NCBI GenBank assembly: GCA_036488775.1
Contig: DASXHF010000186.1
Span: forward strand, 1,246 to 65,245
Origin: Gemmatimonadaceae bacterium
Lineage (GTDB): Bacteria > Gemmatimonadota > Gemmatimonadetes > Gemmatimonadales > Gemmatimonadaceae
Length of the DNA: 64,000 bases
Direction: 5' to 3'
Shown here: one piece after another, positions 36,640 through 46,681 of the stretch
Numbering within the stretch: position 1 is the first letter of the stretch
Layout of the letters: every line of letters begins with the position of its first letter
Position numbers and translations under genes: made by a program
Notes under the pieces: generated by a model
Databases searched by the model: none
What the model was told of the DNA's origin: nothing
Seen by the model: only the letters and a program-made list of their open reading frames with translations

Positions 36640-37788
36640 CTACGATTTATACTCCATCGCCTCAGCGAATTTCTTCATCGCCTCCTCCTGCTCCGGAGTC
36701 AGCTTCTCCGGCACCGTCACCTCCACCTCGACGATCAGGTCGCCGCGCTTGCCGTCGCCGCGCTCGATGCCCATGCCCGGGACCCGGAAGCGCTTTCCCG
36801 ACGTCGTGCCCGGCGGGATCTTCACCGTCACTCGCTTTCCGTCGAGCGTCTTCACGTTGATCTTGGAGCCCAGCGTCGCCTGCGCGATGTTGATCTTCAC
36901 CGGCGCGATCAGGTCCAGCCCTTCGCGACGATAGAAGCGGTCCGGCTTCACCCGGAAGGTGATCAGGAGATCGCCGGCCGGTCCCCCGTTGGGTCCCTTC
37001 GCGCCCTGGCCTTTGAGGCGAATCCGCGTGCCGTCGTCGACCCCCTTCGGCACCGTGATCGTGATCTTTTTGCGCGTCCGCACTTCGCCGCTGCCGGCGC
37101 ACGTCGGACACCGTTCCGTCGGCACCTGTCCGCGGCCGAGGCAGACGGGACACGGCCGCTGCACCGCGAAGCCGCCTTGTCCGAAGCTGATCGTCCCCCG
37201 TCCGCCGCATTCCGGACAGGTGACCAGCTTGGCGCCGGGCGCGGCGCCGGAGCCGTGGCAGGTCGGACATTCTTCGGTGACGTCGAGCTCCACCGGGACC
37301 TTGCCGCCGAGCGCCGCGGTGCGGAAGTCGATCTCGAGCGTCGCCTCCACGTCCTCGCCGCGTTGCGGACCACGCGGGCGTTGGCCCGGACCCGGGCGCG
37401 CGTTGCCGCCGAACATCGAGCTGAAGATGTCGCCGAAGCCGCCGAGGTCGAGATCCTCGAAGCGGAAGCTCCCCTCGCCGCCGCCGGGCGGCGAATAGGT
37501 GTACGAGCCGCCGCGTCCGCCCCCGGCGCCCGGTCCGCGCGCACCGCCGCCCGTGTAGCCGCCGAACGCCCCCAGCCGACGCATGTCGTCGTACTGCTTC
37601 CGCCGCTCGGCGTCGCCCAGCGTCTGATACGCCTCGGAGATCCCCTTGAACTTCTCCGCCGCCGAGGCGTCGCTGGGGTTCTTGTCCGGGTGGTGCTTCG
37701 CCGCGAGCTTGCGATACTGCTTCTTGATCTCGTCTTGCGTCGCGGTCGACGGAACGCCGAGGACGGCGTAATAGTCTTGCTGGGCCAT
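36640..37788 (-). CDS. dnaJ: molecular chaperone DnaJ
   Basis: J-domain DYYAVLGV...HHPDKN, a G/F-rich region and four CxxCxGxG motifs ([32 protein letters not shown]). Confidence 0.95.
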   Translation of the reverse strand: MAQQDYYAVLGVPSTATQDEIKKQYRKLAAKHHPDKNPSDASAAEKFKGISEAYQTLGDAERRKQYDDMRRLGAFGGYTGGGARGPGAGGGRGGSYTYSPPGGGEGSFRFEDLDLGGFGDIFSSMFGGNARPGPGQRPRGPQRGEDVEATLEIDFRTAALGGKVPVELDVTEECPTCHGSGAAPGAKLVTCPECGGRGTISFGQGGFAVQRPCPVCLGRGQVPTERCPTCAGSGEVRTRKKITITVPKGVDDGTRIRLKGQGAKGPNGGPAGDLLITFRVKPDRFYRREGLDLIAPVKINIAQATLGSKINVKTLDGKRVTVKIPPGTTSGKRFRVPGMGIERGDGKRGDLIVEVEVTVPEKLTPEQEEAMKKFAEAMEYKS

Positions 37789-37804
37789 GGCGGACCTTAC
37801 GCGG

Positions 37805-38377
37805 TCAGCCGTTCCACTGCTTCACGACGACGCGCGCGGGACGGAGAAGCTGGCCGTTGAACAGGTAGCCGGGCTGAAAGACGCGTCCCACCTGATGATC
37901 CTCGGCCGGCGACGCCGCCGGTTCGGTCATCACCGCCTCGTGCAGCCCCGGATCGAACGGCTGGCCGATCGGGTTCAGCACCTCCATTCCCAGCCCCGAG
38001 AGCGTCTTCAGCAGCTTGTTCTCCACCATCGACACACCGTCCACCACCGTGCGGGCGTCGGTCGTCGCCGGGTCGACGTGCGCGAAGCGCGCGATGTCGT
38101 CGAGCGCGTCGATCAGGCCACGCAGCATGTCGGCCTGACCACGCAGCGACGCCTCCTGGCGCTCCTTCGCCGTCCGCTTGCGGAAGTTGTCGTACTCGGC
38201 GGCGAGGCGCAGATAACGGTCGCGCTGGTCGGCGAGCTGATTGGCAGGGCTCTCCGCGTCCGTGGATCCCGTTCCGTCGGCCAAGCCGTCGTCCGGCGGC
38301 TGCTGCTCCTCGGGCGACGGAGGGGGCGGCGCGTCGGTCGCTGCAAAGTCGTTCACGTAATCGTTCCGTTCTGCCAT
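37805..38377 (-). CDS. grpE: nucleotide exchange factor GrpE
   Basis: ATG at 38377. [16 protein letters not shown]...[10 protein letters not shown]...[16 protein letters not shown]. Confidence 0.9.
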   Translation of the reverse strand: MAERNDYVNDFAATDAPPPPSPEEQQPPDDGLADGTGSTDAESPANQLADQRDRYLRLAAEYDNFRKRTAKERQEASLRGQADMLRGLIDALDDIARFAHVDPATTDARTVVDGVSMVENKLLKTLSGLGMEVLNPIGQPFDPGLHEAVMTEPAASPAEDHQVGRVFQPGYLFNGQLLRPARVVVKQWNG

Positions 38378-38494
38378 GGTGGCCGCACGTGCGGGAGTGG
38401 GGTGCCGCGATGAAATCTCACCGCAGCGGCACCAGCGTGCAACGGCCATGCCCCTTCGCGACGTCGCGGCGTGCCAGGGCGACCGACCAGGACG

Positions 38495-39754
38495 TCAGTT
38501 GGGCGTCGCCTGCAGAGTGCGTCGCAGCAGCTCCAGCGCCGCCTGTGCCGCCCGCTGCCGGATCTCCTCGCGGTCGCCCCACAGGCGAAGCTCACGGACC
38601 TCCACGGCGCCCTGGAGGTCGAGCGCGATCCAAACCGTCCCCACGGGCTTCGCCGCAGTGCCACCCGACGGTCCTGCGATGCCGGTGATGGCCAGCACCG
38701 CGTCGACGTGCAACGCCACGCGCCCGCCGCTCGCCATCGCGCGTACGACGGGCTCGCTCACCGCGCCGTGCTCGCGCAGTAGGTCGGCTGGCACGCCGAG
38801 CAGCGAGCTCTTGATCGCGTTCGAGTAGGCGATCACGCCGCCGTGGAACACGTCGCTGCTGCCGGCGACGGCCGTGAGCCGTGCCCCCAACAGCCCGCCG
38901 GTGCAGCTCTCGGCGACGCCGACGGTGAGATGCCGCGAGCGGCATGCGTCGAGCACGGTGGCGGCAAGGTCGGCGTCGTTCTCGCCATAGATCGCGTGGC
39001 CCATCACCGAGCGGATCCGCTCGGCCGCCGCGGCCAGCCGCTCGTCCGCATCCTTCGGCGCGGCCCCGCGCACCGTGACGCGCAGGTCGACGCCGGCGAG
39101 GTTGGGGAGATACGCGAGCTCGACGTCGCCCACACCGCCCGGAATGGATGCGATCCGATCCGCGACGAGCGATTCGGCGACGCCGGTGCTGCGAAGCGTG
39201 CGCGAACGGACGACGCTAGTTCCGGAGCCGGCACGCTCGCGCACGAGCGGCAGCAGCGTGTCGGCGAGCATGCCGCGCATCTCGCGGGGCACGCCGGGCA
39301 GCATCGCGACCCAGCGGCCCTCTTCGTCTTCGAGCCAGATGCCGGGCGCGCTGCCGTGATTGTTCGCGAGCTTGCGCGCGCCTTCCGGCATCATCGCCTG
39401 CTGGCGGTTCGCCTCGGGCATCGGGCGGTCGGGCCACCGCGTCGTCCACCGGTCGCGCATCCACGCGAGGTGTTGGTCGTCGAGCACCATGCGGCGGCCG
39501 AACAGCGCGGCGATCGACGGCTTCGTCAGGTCGTCGCTCGTCGGACCGAGACCGCCCGTCGTGATCACGGCGCCGGTGCGCGCAAGCGCCTCCTTCACCG
39601 CGTCCGCGATGTGCTCCGCCGTGTCGCCCACCGTCGTTCGCCGCACGATCTCGACGCCGAGGCTGGCCAGCTCGCGCGCCAGGTGCGCGGCGTTCGTGTC
39701 GATCGTGTAGCCGAGCAGGAGCTCGTCGCCAATCGTGACGACTTCGATGCGCAT
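38495..39754 (-). CDS. cinA: CinA family protein (MoCF-binding domain plus nicotinamide-nucleotide amidohydrolase PncC domain)
   Basis: MRIEVVTIGDELLLG.TIDTNAAHLA...TTGGLGPTSDD...ESCTGG. Confidence 0.9.
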   Translation of the reverse strand: MRIEVVTIGDELLLGYTIDTNAAHLARELASLGVEIVRRTTVGDTAEHIADAVKEALARTGAVITTGGLGPTSDDLTKPSIAALFGRRMVLDDQHLAWMRDRWTTRWPDRPMPEANRQQAMMPEGARKLANNHGSAPGIWLEDEEGRWVAMLPGVPREMRGMLADTLLPLVRERAGSGTSVVRSRTLRSTGVAESLVADRIASIPGGVGDVELAYLPNLAGVDLRVTVRGAAPKDADERLAAAAERIRSVMGHAIYGENDADLAATVLDACRSRHLTVGVAESCTGGLLGARLTAVAGSSDVFHGGVIAYSNAIKSSLLGVPADLLREHGAVSEPVVRAMASGGRVALHVDAVLAITGIAGPSGGTAAKPVGTVWIALDLQGAVEVRELRLWGDREEIRQRAAQAALELLRRTLQATPN

Positions 39755-39767
39755 GCCGATCGCGGCG

Positions 39768-40454
39768 TCAGCCGCGGCCGCGCACGGGTGTGTGCGTGAA
39801 GACGCGGCCGTAGGTGCGCAGATACAGCGCGAGTGAATAGACGGTGAGCCCGAGCGCGCCCGCCATCGTCACCACGCCGACGATGCCGTTGAACTCCGCG
39901 AACCCGGTCCAGACCGGCGAGCGCCAGCCGCGCTCCGCCGCGAGAGTGGCGGCGAAGAACCAGAAGTAGGCCGAGCCGACCCAGAGCGACTGGAGCGCCA
40001 TCTTCCACTTGGCCGGTCCGATCGCCGCGATCACGACACCGCGACGCGCGGCTGCCTGGCGGAAGATCGTCATGAACAGCTCGCGTCCCAGGATCACGAC
40101 GACCACCCACAGCATGAGCGGGACGTCGCCGAACGGCGTGCGGAACGGCAGCACGTTGTCGAGCGCCTTTGCCGGCCACGAATCGGCGACGTGAGCCGGA
40201 CGCATGAGCAGGTACATCGGAATGATCGTCGCCGCGAGCAGGAGCTTGTCCGCGAGCGGATCGAGCAAGCGGCCGAGGTCCGTCTCCTGCTTGCGTGACC
40301 GCGCGAGCCGTCCATCCACGTAGTCGGTCACCGCCGCGAGCACGAACAACACGAACGCCGTCAGCCGCAGGTTGGACGACGGCGCCAGGGCGAGCCACGC
40401 GATCAGCGGCGTGACGGCGATCCTGGCGACGGTGAAAGCGTTCGGAAGATTCAC
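39768..40454 (-). CDS. pgsA: CDP-diacylglycerol--glycerol-3-phosphate 3-phosphatidyltransferase
   Basis: GTG at 40454 gives VNLPNAFTVARI. The CDP-alcohol phosphatidyltransferase motif DYVDGRLAR...G..LDPLADK is present. The upstream part of the listed ORF overlaps mglA. Confidence 0.85.
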   Translation of the reverse strand: MNLPNAFTVARIAVTPLIAWLALAPSSNLRLTAFVLFVLAAVTDYVDGRLARSRKQETDLGRLLDPLADKLLLAATIIPMYLLMRPAHVADSWPAKALDNVLPFRTPFGDVPLMLWVVVVILGRELFMTIFRQAAARRGVVIAAIGPAKWKMALQSLWVGSAYFWFFAATLAAERGWRSPVWTGFAEFNGIVGVVTMAGALGLTVYSLALYLRTYGRVFTHTPVRGRG

Positions 40455-40468
40455 TGCGCGACGTTCGC

Positions 40469-41146
<678 letters not shown>

Positions 41147-41160
41147 GGCTGTTCTCTCCC

Positions 41161-41649
41161 TTACTGGAACAGCTTGTCGATTTCGTCGTCGGCACCCGAG
41201 AGGAGTCCCGGACTGCCGCCCTGCGCCTGACTGGGCCGGTTGAACACCTGCTCGAACAGCTTCGTCAGCTCGTCGACCGCCTGCTTCATCTTCAGGCGCA
41301 CGAGCCCGAGCGTGGTGCGGTTGTCGAAGAGGACGACGAGGATCACGCGGCGCGCGACGTCCGCCAGGTACATCGACTCTTTCTCGCCCTGATGGAAGAG
41401 GGAGTTGAAGTCCGTTTCGCCGATCAGCTTGGCCAGTTGATCGTTTGCGCTGAAGTCCGCGGCGGTGAGCGTCGCGAACGCGGTCGGATCGAACTTGGGT
41501 TGCTCGCCCACGGTCGCAACGAGCTGCCCGCTCCGGTCGACGAGCAGCGCGCAGCGCGCGTTGCTGTCGTGCAGGAAGCGCTGCAACGACTGGGTGATCG
41601 CGGCAAAGTCGTCTTCGGTAAACGACCAGCTCGCACTACCGACGGGCAT
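41161..41649 (-). CDS. mglB: MglB-like Roadblock/LC7 domain protein (GTPase-activating partner)
   Basis: The Roadblock pattern ([16 protein letters not shown]...) is present. It lies immediately upstream of mglA (14-nt gap). 162 aa with an acidic C-terminal tail. Confidence 0.75.
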   Translation of the reverse strand: MPVGSASWSFTEDDFAAITQSLQRFLHDSNARCALLVDRSGQLVATVGEQPKFDPTAFATLTAADFSANDQLAKLIGETDFNSLFHQGEKESMYLADVARRVILVVLFDNRTTLGLVRLKMKQAVDELTKLFEQVFNRPSQAQGGSPGLLSGADDEIDKLFQ

Positions 41650-41657
41650 GTGGGGAC

Positions 41658-41933
41658 CTAATCGAGGTAAGCTTCCATGCGCCGCAGCAGAACCTGCCCA
41701 CGGCGCCGAAGCGCGGGACGCGACTCCCAGTTCACGTAATCGGCCAACAACCGGGCCGTCTCCGCCCCCGGTCGTCCGGAGAGGAAGCCCAGCGCGGCGA
41801 ACCGGCGCAGCGCCGACCGGTGGAAGAGCTCCCGCCGGCTGCGCTGGACCTGTGCTCCCCAGACGAGCAACCCCGCCGCAATGCCACTTACGAACCCCAA
41901 CGCGGTATATCGGGCCCTATCGATTTGGCTCAC
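41658..41933 (-). CDS. small hypothetical protein with one hydrophobic segment
   Basis: 91 aa. The ATG overlaps the recR stop (ATGA). The stop is 8 nt before the mglB start. Internal duplicate ALGFVSG / ALGFLSG. Confidence 0.5.
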   Translation of the reverse strand: MSQIDRARYTALGFVSGIAAGLLVWGAQVQRSRRELFHRSALRRFAALGFLSGRPGAETARLLADYVNWESRPALRRRGQVLLRRMEAYLD

Positions 41934-42517
41934 ATGACCCTCCGGGCGGAGAGGGCCTGGGCAATGGTCACGCCATCGGCGTACTCCAGATCGCCCCCCA
42001 CGGGCAACCCGCGCGCGATCCGGGTGACGGTCAGGGGGTACGGGGCGAGCTGGCGTTGGACGTACAAGGCAGTCGCTTCTCCTTCGAGGCTTGGATTGGT
42101 GGCGAGGATCACTTCGCGGACCTCGCCGGCCGCGATCCGGTGGATGAGCTGCGGAATGGTGAGGTCGTCGGGGGTCACGCCGTCGAGGGGGGACAGCCGT
42201 CCGCCGAGCACGTGATACTGGCCGCGATACTCGCCCGCCCGCTCGATCGCCCCGATGTCCGCGGCCTCCTCGACGGCGCAGATGAGGGCCGCGTCACGCC
42301 GCGGATCGCGGCAGATCACGCAGAGCTCCTCTTCGGTCAGATTGAAGCAGCGCGCGCACGGCCGGACCTTGTCCGACAGCGTGCGAAGGGCGTCCGCCAG
42401 TCGCTGGCTCTGCTCCGGCGGCTGCTTGAGCAGGTGATAGGTCAGCCGGAGCGCCGTCTTCCGTCCGATGCCGGGAAGGCGCGCCAGCTCTCCCGTCAGG
42501 TCGTCGATCGCCGACAC
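41930..42517 (-). CDS. recR: recombination protein RecR
   Basis: LPGIGRKTALRL (HhH), CxxC...CxxC zinc finger (CARCFNLTEEELCVIC) and a Toprim region. Confidence 0.95.
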   Translation of the reverse strand: MSAIDDLTGELARLPGIGRKTALRLTYHLLKQPPEQSQRLADALRTLSDKVRPCARCFNLTEEELCVICRDPRRDAALICAVEEAADIGAIERAGEYRGQYHVLGGRLSPLDGVTPDDLTIPQLIHRIAAGEVREVILATNPSLEGEATALYVQRQLAPYPLTVTRIARGLPVGGDLEYADGVTIAQALSARRVM

Positions 42518-42529
42518 CGCTAGCCGGAC

Positions 42530-42847
42530 CTAGAAGGGAAGCTTGAATGGGAGGGAGAGCCCGCCCGTGAGCTTCCCCATCTCGCGCTGCGCAGTGTCCT
42601 GGGCCTTCTTCTGCGCCTCGGTCACCGCCACCAGCACCAGATCTTCGAGCATCTCGACATCGGCCGGGTTGACGACGCTCGCGTCGATCTTCACCGAACG
42701 CACGGCGCCCTGACCGTTGGCTTCCACGGTGACCATCCCGCCACCGGCCGACGCCGTCACGGTCTGTTGCTGCAGCTCTTCCTGCAGCTTCTGAAACTTG
42801 CCCTGCATCTCCTGCGCTTGCTGCAGGATCTTCATGAAATCGGCCAT
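42530..42847 (-). CDS. ybaB: YbaB/EbfC nucleoid-associated protein
   Basis: ATG at 42847 gives MADFMKILQQAQEMQGKFQKLQEEL...GGGMVTVEANG. 105 aa. Confidence 0.9.
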   Translation of the reverse strand: MADFMKILQQAQEMQGKFQKLQEELQQQTVTASAGGGMVTVEANGQGAVRSVKIDASVVNPADVEMLEDLVLVAVTEAQKKAQDTAQREMGKLTGGLSLPFKLPF

Positions 42848-42927
42848 CGGTGCACAACGGGTCGAAGTAGCGAAAGCTACCCGCCGTCGCCGTGTCGTGG
42901 CAAGCGACGCGGTACGGTGCAGCGCGC

Positions 42928-44751
42928 TCAGTCGGCGAGGTCCAGATCGAGCGCGTCGATGGCGGCGCCCAGCACGGGATCGCGCCGCCGCAGCGTGGCG
43001 AGGCGCTCGGTGCGCACCATCTCGTCCGTCAACCGCTGCAGCGGCGGCGCGCCGCCCGCGGAGGCACGCACGCTCACGCTCTGTACGCCGTCGAACCAAC
43101 GCCGCAGCAACGGCGCGAGGTCGCCCTTCACCGCGTCCAGCGCCTGCTCGTAGATCGGGTTCGCATCCTCGAGCGCCAGGGTGACGTCACCGCCGGCGCT
43201 CACCGCCACTGGCGGTGCGTGCTCGAGCGCCGTGGCGGCGACGCTCTTGCCCACCGCCCGCAGCGCAGCCACGACGTCGTCCCAGCGCTCGGCGAGTCGA
43301 TTGAGGTCGGGCGGGGCGCCCCTGGCCTCCCCGCCCACCGTCTGCGGCCGCTCCGGCCGCGGCGCCGCACGATCCGCGTCGCGTACGACGTTGCGTCCGC
43401 TGCCGACGGACACGTCGGCCGGCCGACTCACCGGGCTTGGCGCCGCACGTCGAGCGTCCGGCGCGGGCGCCGCGGACGCAGCGCGGCGCACCGGCTCGTC
43501 GTCGACGTCCCGGCCCGCGCCACCGCCACCATTCCCCCCGCCGCCGAGACCACGCAACACTGCCTCGAGCGACACGGTGCGGTCGAGCAGCGCGAACCGG
43601 ACGAGTAGGGCCTCGAGCAGCAGTTGCTGCTGCCCGCTCTTCCGGAAGCGCGGCTCGAGCTCCGTGAGTGCAGAGAGCATGCGCAGTAGATCGCCCGCCG
43701 CGAACGCGTCGCGACGCGACGAGAGCGCGCCGCGCGTCCGCTCGCTGACGTCGGGCGGCTCGCCGCCGAGCGTGACCGCGAGCTGCGCGCGGAGCATGTC
43801 GGCGAAACCGGTGACGAACTGGCTGAAGTCGATGCCCGCGTCGGCGAGCCGCCCGACGAACGCGAACACGTCGCCGGCGCGACGCTCCGCCAGGAGATCG
43901 AGCAGGGCGAGGAACTCGTCCTCCGGGACCAGCCCCAGGGCATCGCGCACCCGCTCCGGAACGACCGCGCCATCGCCCATCGAGAGGACCTGGTCGGTGA
44001 GCGACAGCGCGTCGCGCATCGAGCCGTCGGCGGCCCGCGCGATCATCGCCAACGCATCCGCGTCGGCGGCGACGCCTTCGGCCTTCAACACGCGCTCGAG
44101 GCGCTCACGGATGTCGGCCGGTCCGATGCGCTTGAAGTCGAATCGCTGCAACCGGCTCAGCACCGGCGCCGCGGATTGGGCGATCTTCTGTGGCTCGGTC
44201 GTCGCGAACACGAACACGACGCGCGGCGGCGGCTCCTCGAGGATCTTGAGCAGCGCGTTCCACGCCTCGCGCGTCAGCATGTGCGCCTCGTCGACGATGT
44301 ACACCTTGTACTGGTCGTCTCCGGAGGGCGCGTACATCGCGCGCTCGCGCAACTCGCGTGCGTCGTCGACGCCGCGGTTGGACGCGGCGTCGATCTCGAC
44401 GACGTCGAGCGAGCTGGCACCGGCCCAGATCCGCTGGCACGAGGTGCACTCGCCGCACGGCTCGGCCGCCGCCCGCGCCAGCTGCTCGCGCTCCGCGGCG
44501 CTCAGCGCACGTCCGCTTTGTTCGGCGTCCCGGAGCCGCCGCTCGGCGTCGCGGCGCGGCTCGCAGTTGAGCGCCATCGCCAGCACGCGCGCGAGCGTCG
44601 TCTTCCCCACCCCGCGAGGCCCGCACAGCAGATAGCCGTGCGCGACCCGCCCGCGCGCGATGGCGCCTTTGAGCGTTGCCGACACGTGCGACTGGACCGC
44701 GACGTCGGCAAAGGTTTTCGGGCGATATTTACGGGCGAGGGCGAGGGCCAT
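42928..44751 (-). CDS. dnaX: DNA polymerase III subunit gamma/tau
   Basis: ATG at 44751 gives MALALARKYRPKTFADV. GPRGVGKTT Walker A, zinc module CGECTSC, DEAHML and SRLQRF. Confidence 0.9.
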   Translation of the reverse strand: MALALARKYRPKTFADVAVQSHVSATLKGAIARGRVAHGYLLCGPRGVGKTTLARVLAMALNCEPRRDAERRLRDAEQSGRALSAAEREQLARAAAEPCGECTSCQRIWAGASSLDVVEIDAASNRGVDDARELRERAMYAPSGDDQYKVYIVDEAHMLTREAWNALLKILEEPPPRVVFVFATTEPQKIAQSAAPVLSRLQRFDFKRIGPADIRERLERVLKAEGVAADADALAMIARAADGSMRDALSLTDQVLSMGDGAVVPERVRDALGLVPEDEFLALLDLLAERRAGDVFAFVGRLADAGIDFSQFVTGFADMLRAQLAVTLGGEPPDVSERTRGALSSRRDAFAAGDLLRMLSALTELEPRFRKSGQQQLLLEALLVRFALLDRTVSLEAVLRGLGGGGNGGGGAGRDVDDEPVRRAASAAPAPDARRAAPSPVSRPADVSVGSGRNVVRDADRAAPRPERPQTVGGEARGAPPDLNRLAERWDDVVAALRAVGKSVAATALEHAPPVAVSAGGDVTLALEDANPIYEQALDAVKGDLAPLLRRWFDGVQSVSVRASAGGAPPLQRLTDEMVRTERLATLRRRDPVLGAAIDALDLDLAD

Positions 44752-44857
44752 TTCGGAAGCTACCGATTCGATCGCGGTGGTGTCAGTCGAGGTCGCGAGG
44801 CCGCCGGCCAGAAAAGGAGCGCGGGGCCCACCGCCGAAGCGATGCCGACCCCGCGCT

Positions 44858-44968
44858 CGAGTGCCCCAGGCCTGACGAAGCGACGTCAGACACCTCATGC
44901 CGCTGCTACCTTCGGGGTCCTGACGGAGTTAGAAGGCTGCCGCCCTCCGGGACCTGGGACACCAGGAA
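44858..44968 (-). ncRNA. ffs: signal recognition particle RNA (small, 4.5S-type); ends approximate
   Basis: The minus strand reads ...GGUGUCCCAGGUCCCGGAGGGCGGCAGCCUUCUAACUCCGUCAGGACCCCGAAGGUAGCAGCGGCAUGAGGUGUCUGACGUCGCUUCGUCAGGCCUGGGGCAC.... It contains the conserved domain IV signature GUCAGG-stem-loop-GGUAGCAGC (E. coli has GUCAGGUCCGGAAGGAAGCAGC). The closing helix is GUGUCCCAGG (44962-44953) paired with CCUGGGGCAC (44870-44861). The position is the classical one, upstream of dnaX. Confidence 0.7.
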
Positions 44969-45035
44969 AGATAACCGTACCGGGCGCCCCGGACAACGCC
45001 GCCCCCCGACGCCGCGCGGCGACCGGCAATTAGGC

Positions 45036-46091
45036 TCAGCGTGCTTGGCTGGCGGTCTCCTCGATCGCTCGACGAACGACCGCCGCCGCGCTCGTCACCG
45101 CGGCGCGGTCGGCGTCGAGATGCGTCACCGCGCGCACGCGGCTCGCACTCCACGCGGTGATCAGCACGCCGCCTTCCTTCGCGCGCGCCGCCACGTCGCC
45201 ACTCCTCATGCCCGCGGGAAGATCGATCATGATGATGTTCGTGTCGGGGCGGACGACGCGCGCACCCGCCGGCCCGTCGACCGCATCGGCAAACGCCTTC
45301 GCATTCGCGTGATCTTCGGCCAGACGCGTGAGATGCGCGTCGAGCGCGTACAGCGCGGCGGCGGCGAGGATGCCGGACTGGCGCATCCCGCCCCCGAGCC
45401 GCTTCCGAATCGTGTGCGCGCGCTTCATCGCCGGCGCGGTGCCGACCAGAATGGCGCCGACGGGACAGCCGAGCCCCTTCGAAAAGCTCAGCATTACCGT
45501 GTCGGCGCAGCCGGCGAGCTCCGCGAGCGGCGTCGCGGTCGCCGCGCTGGCGTTCCACAGCCGCGCGCCATCCATGTGCACGGGCAGACCATGTTGGTCC
45601 GCCACCGCGCGCAGCGCCCGCAGCTCGACCAGTGGCGTGACCTTGCCGCCGGCCCCGTTGTGGGTGTTCTCGAAACAGACGACGCTCGCCGCCGGCGCGT
45701 GGATCGACGCGGGCCGAATCGCGCGCTCGAGATCCGTCGCGTTCATCACGGTGCGGCCGTCAGTCGCCGGCACGGGACGCACCTGCACGCCCCACAACGC
45801 GGCCGCGCCGGCCATCTCCCAGTGGACGATATGGGCATTGGCGTCGAGGAGCGCCTCGGTGCCGGGCGACGAGTGCACGGCGAGCCCCACCTGATTCGCC
45901 ATCGTCCCCGATGGAAAGAAGAGCGCCGCCTCTTTTCCCAGCAGCTCGGCTACGCGCTGCTCGAGCCGCCGCACCGTCGGGTCGCCGTCCAGCACGTCGT
46001 CACCGACGTCGGCCTCCGCCATCGCGCGTCGCATCGCGGGAGTGGGCTTGGTGACGGTGTCGGAGCGAAGATCGATCGGGGAGTTGGGCAT
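45036..46091 (-). CDS. ltaE: low-specificity L-threonine aldolase
   Basis: ATG at 46091 gives [24 protein letters not shown]...[12 protein letters not shown]...[10 protein letters not shown]...LSFSKGLG. Confidence 0.85.
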   Translation of the reverse strand: MPNSPIDLRSDTVTKPTPAMRRAMAEADVGDDVLDGDPTVRRLEQRVAELLGKEAALFFPSGTMANQVGLAVHSSPGTEALLDANAHIVHWEMAGAAALWGVQVRPVPATDGRTVMNATDLERAIRPASIHAPAASVVCFENTHNGAGGKVTPLVELRALRAVADQHGLPVHMDGARLWNASAATATPLAELAGCADTVMLSFSKGLGCPVGAILVGTAPAMKRAHTIRKRLGGGMRQSGILAAAALYALDAHLTRLAEDHANAKAFADAVDGPAGARVVRPDTNIIMIDLPAGMRSGDVAARAKEGGVLITAWSASRVRAVTHLDADRAAVTSAAAVVRRAIEETASQAR

Positions 46092-46105
46092 ATCCTGTGC
46101 TGGCT

Positions 46106-46276
46106 CGTGAAATCGGTGAGGCGGTGAATCGATTGGTGATTCGTGCCTCGAAGCCGAAACGCCACGAACCGGCGCCAAGAGCATCGAGGATGCCTCTGCG
46201 CCGGTTCGTGGCATTTTAGCTGGTGGCTCACCCAGTCACCAGCCGATTCACCGTTTCACTGCCTCACCGATTCACG
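46106..46276. repeat. nested intergenic inverted repeats (outer imperfect arms around an inner perfect hairpin)
   Basis: The outer arm 46106-46139 is the reverse complement of 46236-46276, apart from a 7-nt insertion and a few mismatches. The arms are built of CGATTCACCG / CTCACCG words. The inner hairpin is annotated separately. Confidence 0.65.
46161..46212 (-). terminator. hairpin (15-bp perfect stem plus extended imperfect stem) downstream of the lipoprotein gene
   Basis: GCCACGAACCGGCGC (46161-46175) pairs with GCGCCGGTTCGTGGC (46198-46212). The 22-nt loop pairs further (GCATC/GATGC). It is followed by GTTTCGGCTTCG on the minus strand and ATTTTA on the plus strand. Confidence 0.5.
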
Positions 46277-46308
46277 ATCGACCATCCAGTGATCGACGAC
46301 GATCCGTG

Positions 46309-46581
46309 CTAGGGCTTCTTGATCGTCACGTGCGGCGTCTTCACTTCCGTCTTCTTCGTGCCGACGACCGGCTTGTCGACGATGATCGTGTCCTTCTTGG
46401 TCCCGACGACCGGCGTGTTGATCGTGTCCGTCTGCGTGCCGACGTTCACCTGCGGCGTCGTCACCGTGTGCGTGTCCGTCGTGATCGCCGGTGTCTCGAC
46501 CTGATAAGTGTTGTCGCCCGTCTTCTTGCAGGCGGCAACCGGCAGCGCGAGCAACGCGGCGCCGAGCAGCATCTTGCGCAT
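46309..46581 (-). CDS. small lipoprotein with Thr/Val/Lys-rich repeats
   Basis: MRKMLLGAALLALPVAAC carries a lipobox VAAC. Repeated units are TPxVNVGT and PVVGTKKDT / PVVGTKKTE. 90 aa, with lower GC than the surroundings. Confidence 0.65.
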   Translation of the reverse strand: MRKMLLGAALLALPVAACKKTGDNTYQVETPAITTDTHTVTTPQVNVGTQTDTINTPVVGTKKDTIIVDKPVVGTKKTEVKTPHVTIKKP

Positions 46582-46681
46582 GGGAGCCTCCCTGAGTGGC
46601 GCGTTCGAAGCGGCCTAAAGCAAGCATCGCGCCATCCCTCGTGTCATCGGCATGAGCCGCCGTCATGCCCCATGCGTCGGG

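Noticed and set aside
36000-36700. The possibility that the Avd-like four-helix-bundle gene marks a diversity-generating retroelement.
   Set aside because: No reverse transcriptase ORF and no template/variable repeat pair exists within the window. Only the flanking inverted repeat is supported.
38378-38494. An expected CIRCE/HrcA operator (TTAGCACTC-N9-GAGTGCTAA) upstream of grpE-dnaJ, and an expected dnaK between them.
   Set aside because: No CIRCE-like inverted repeat is visible, and hrcA and dnaK are not in the window. I make no regulatory claim.
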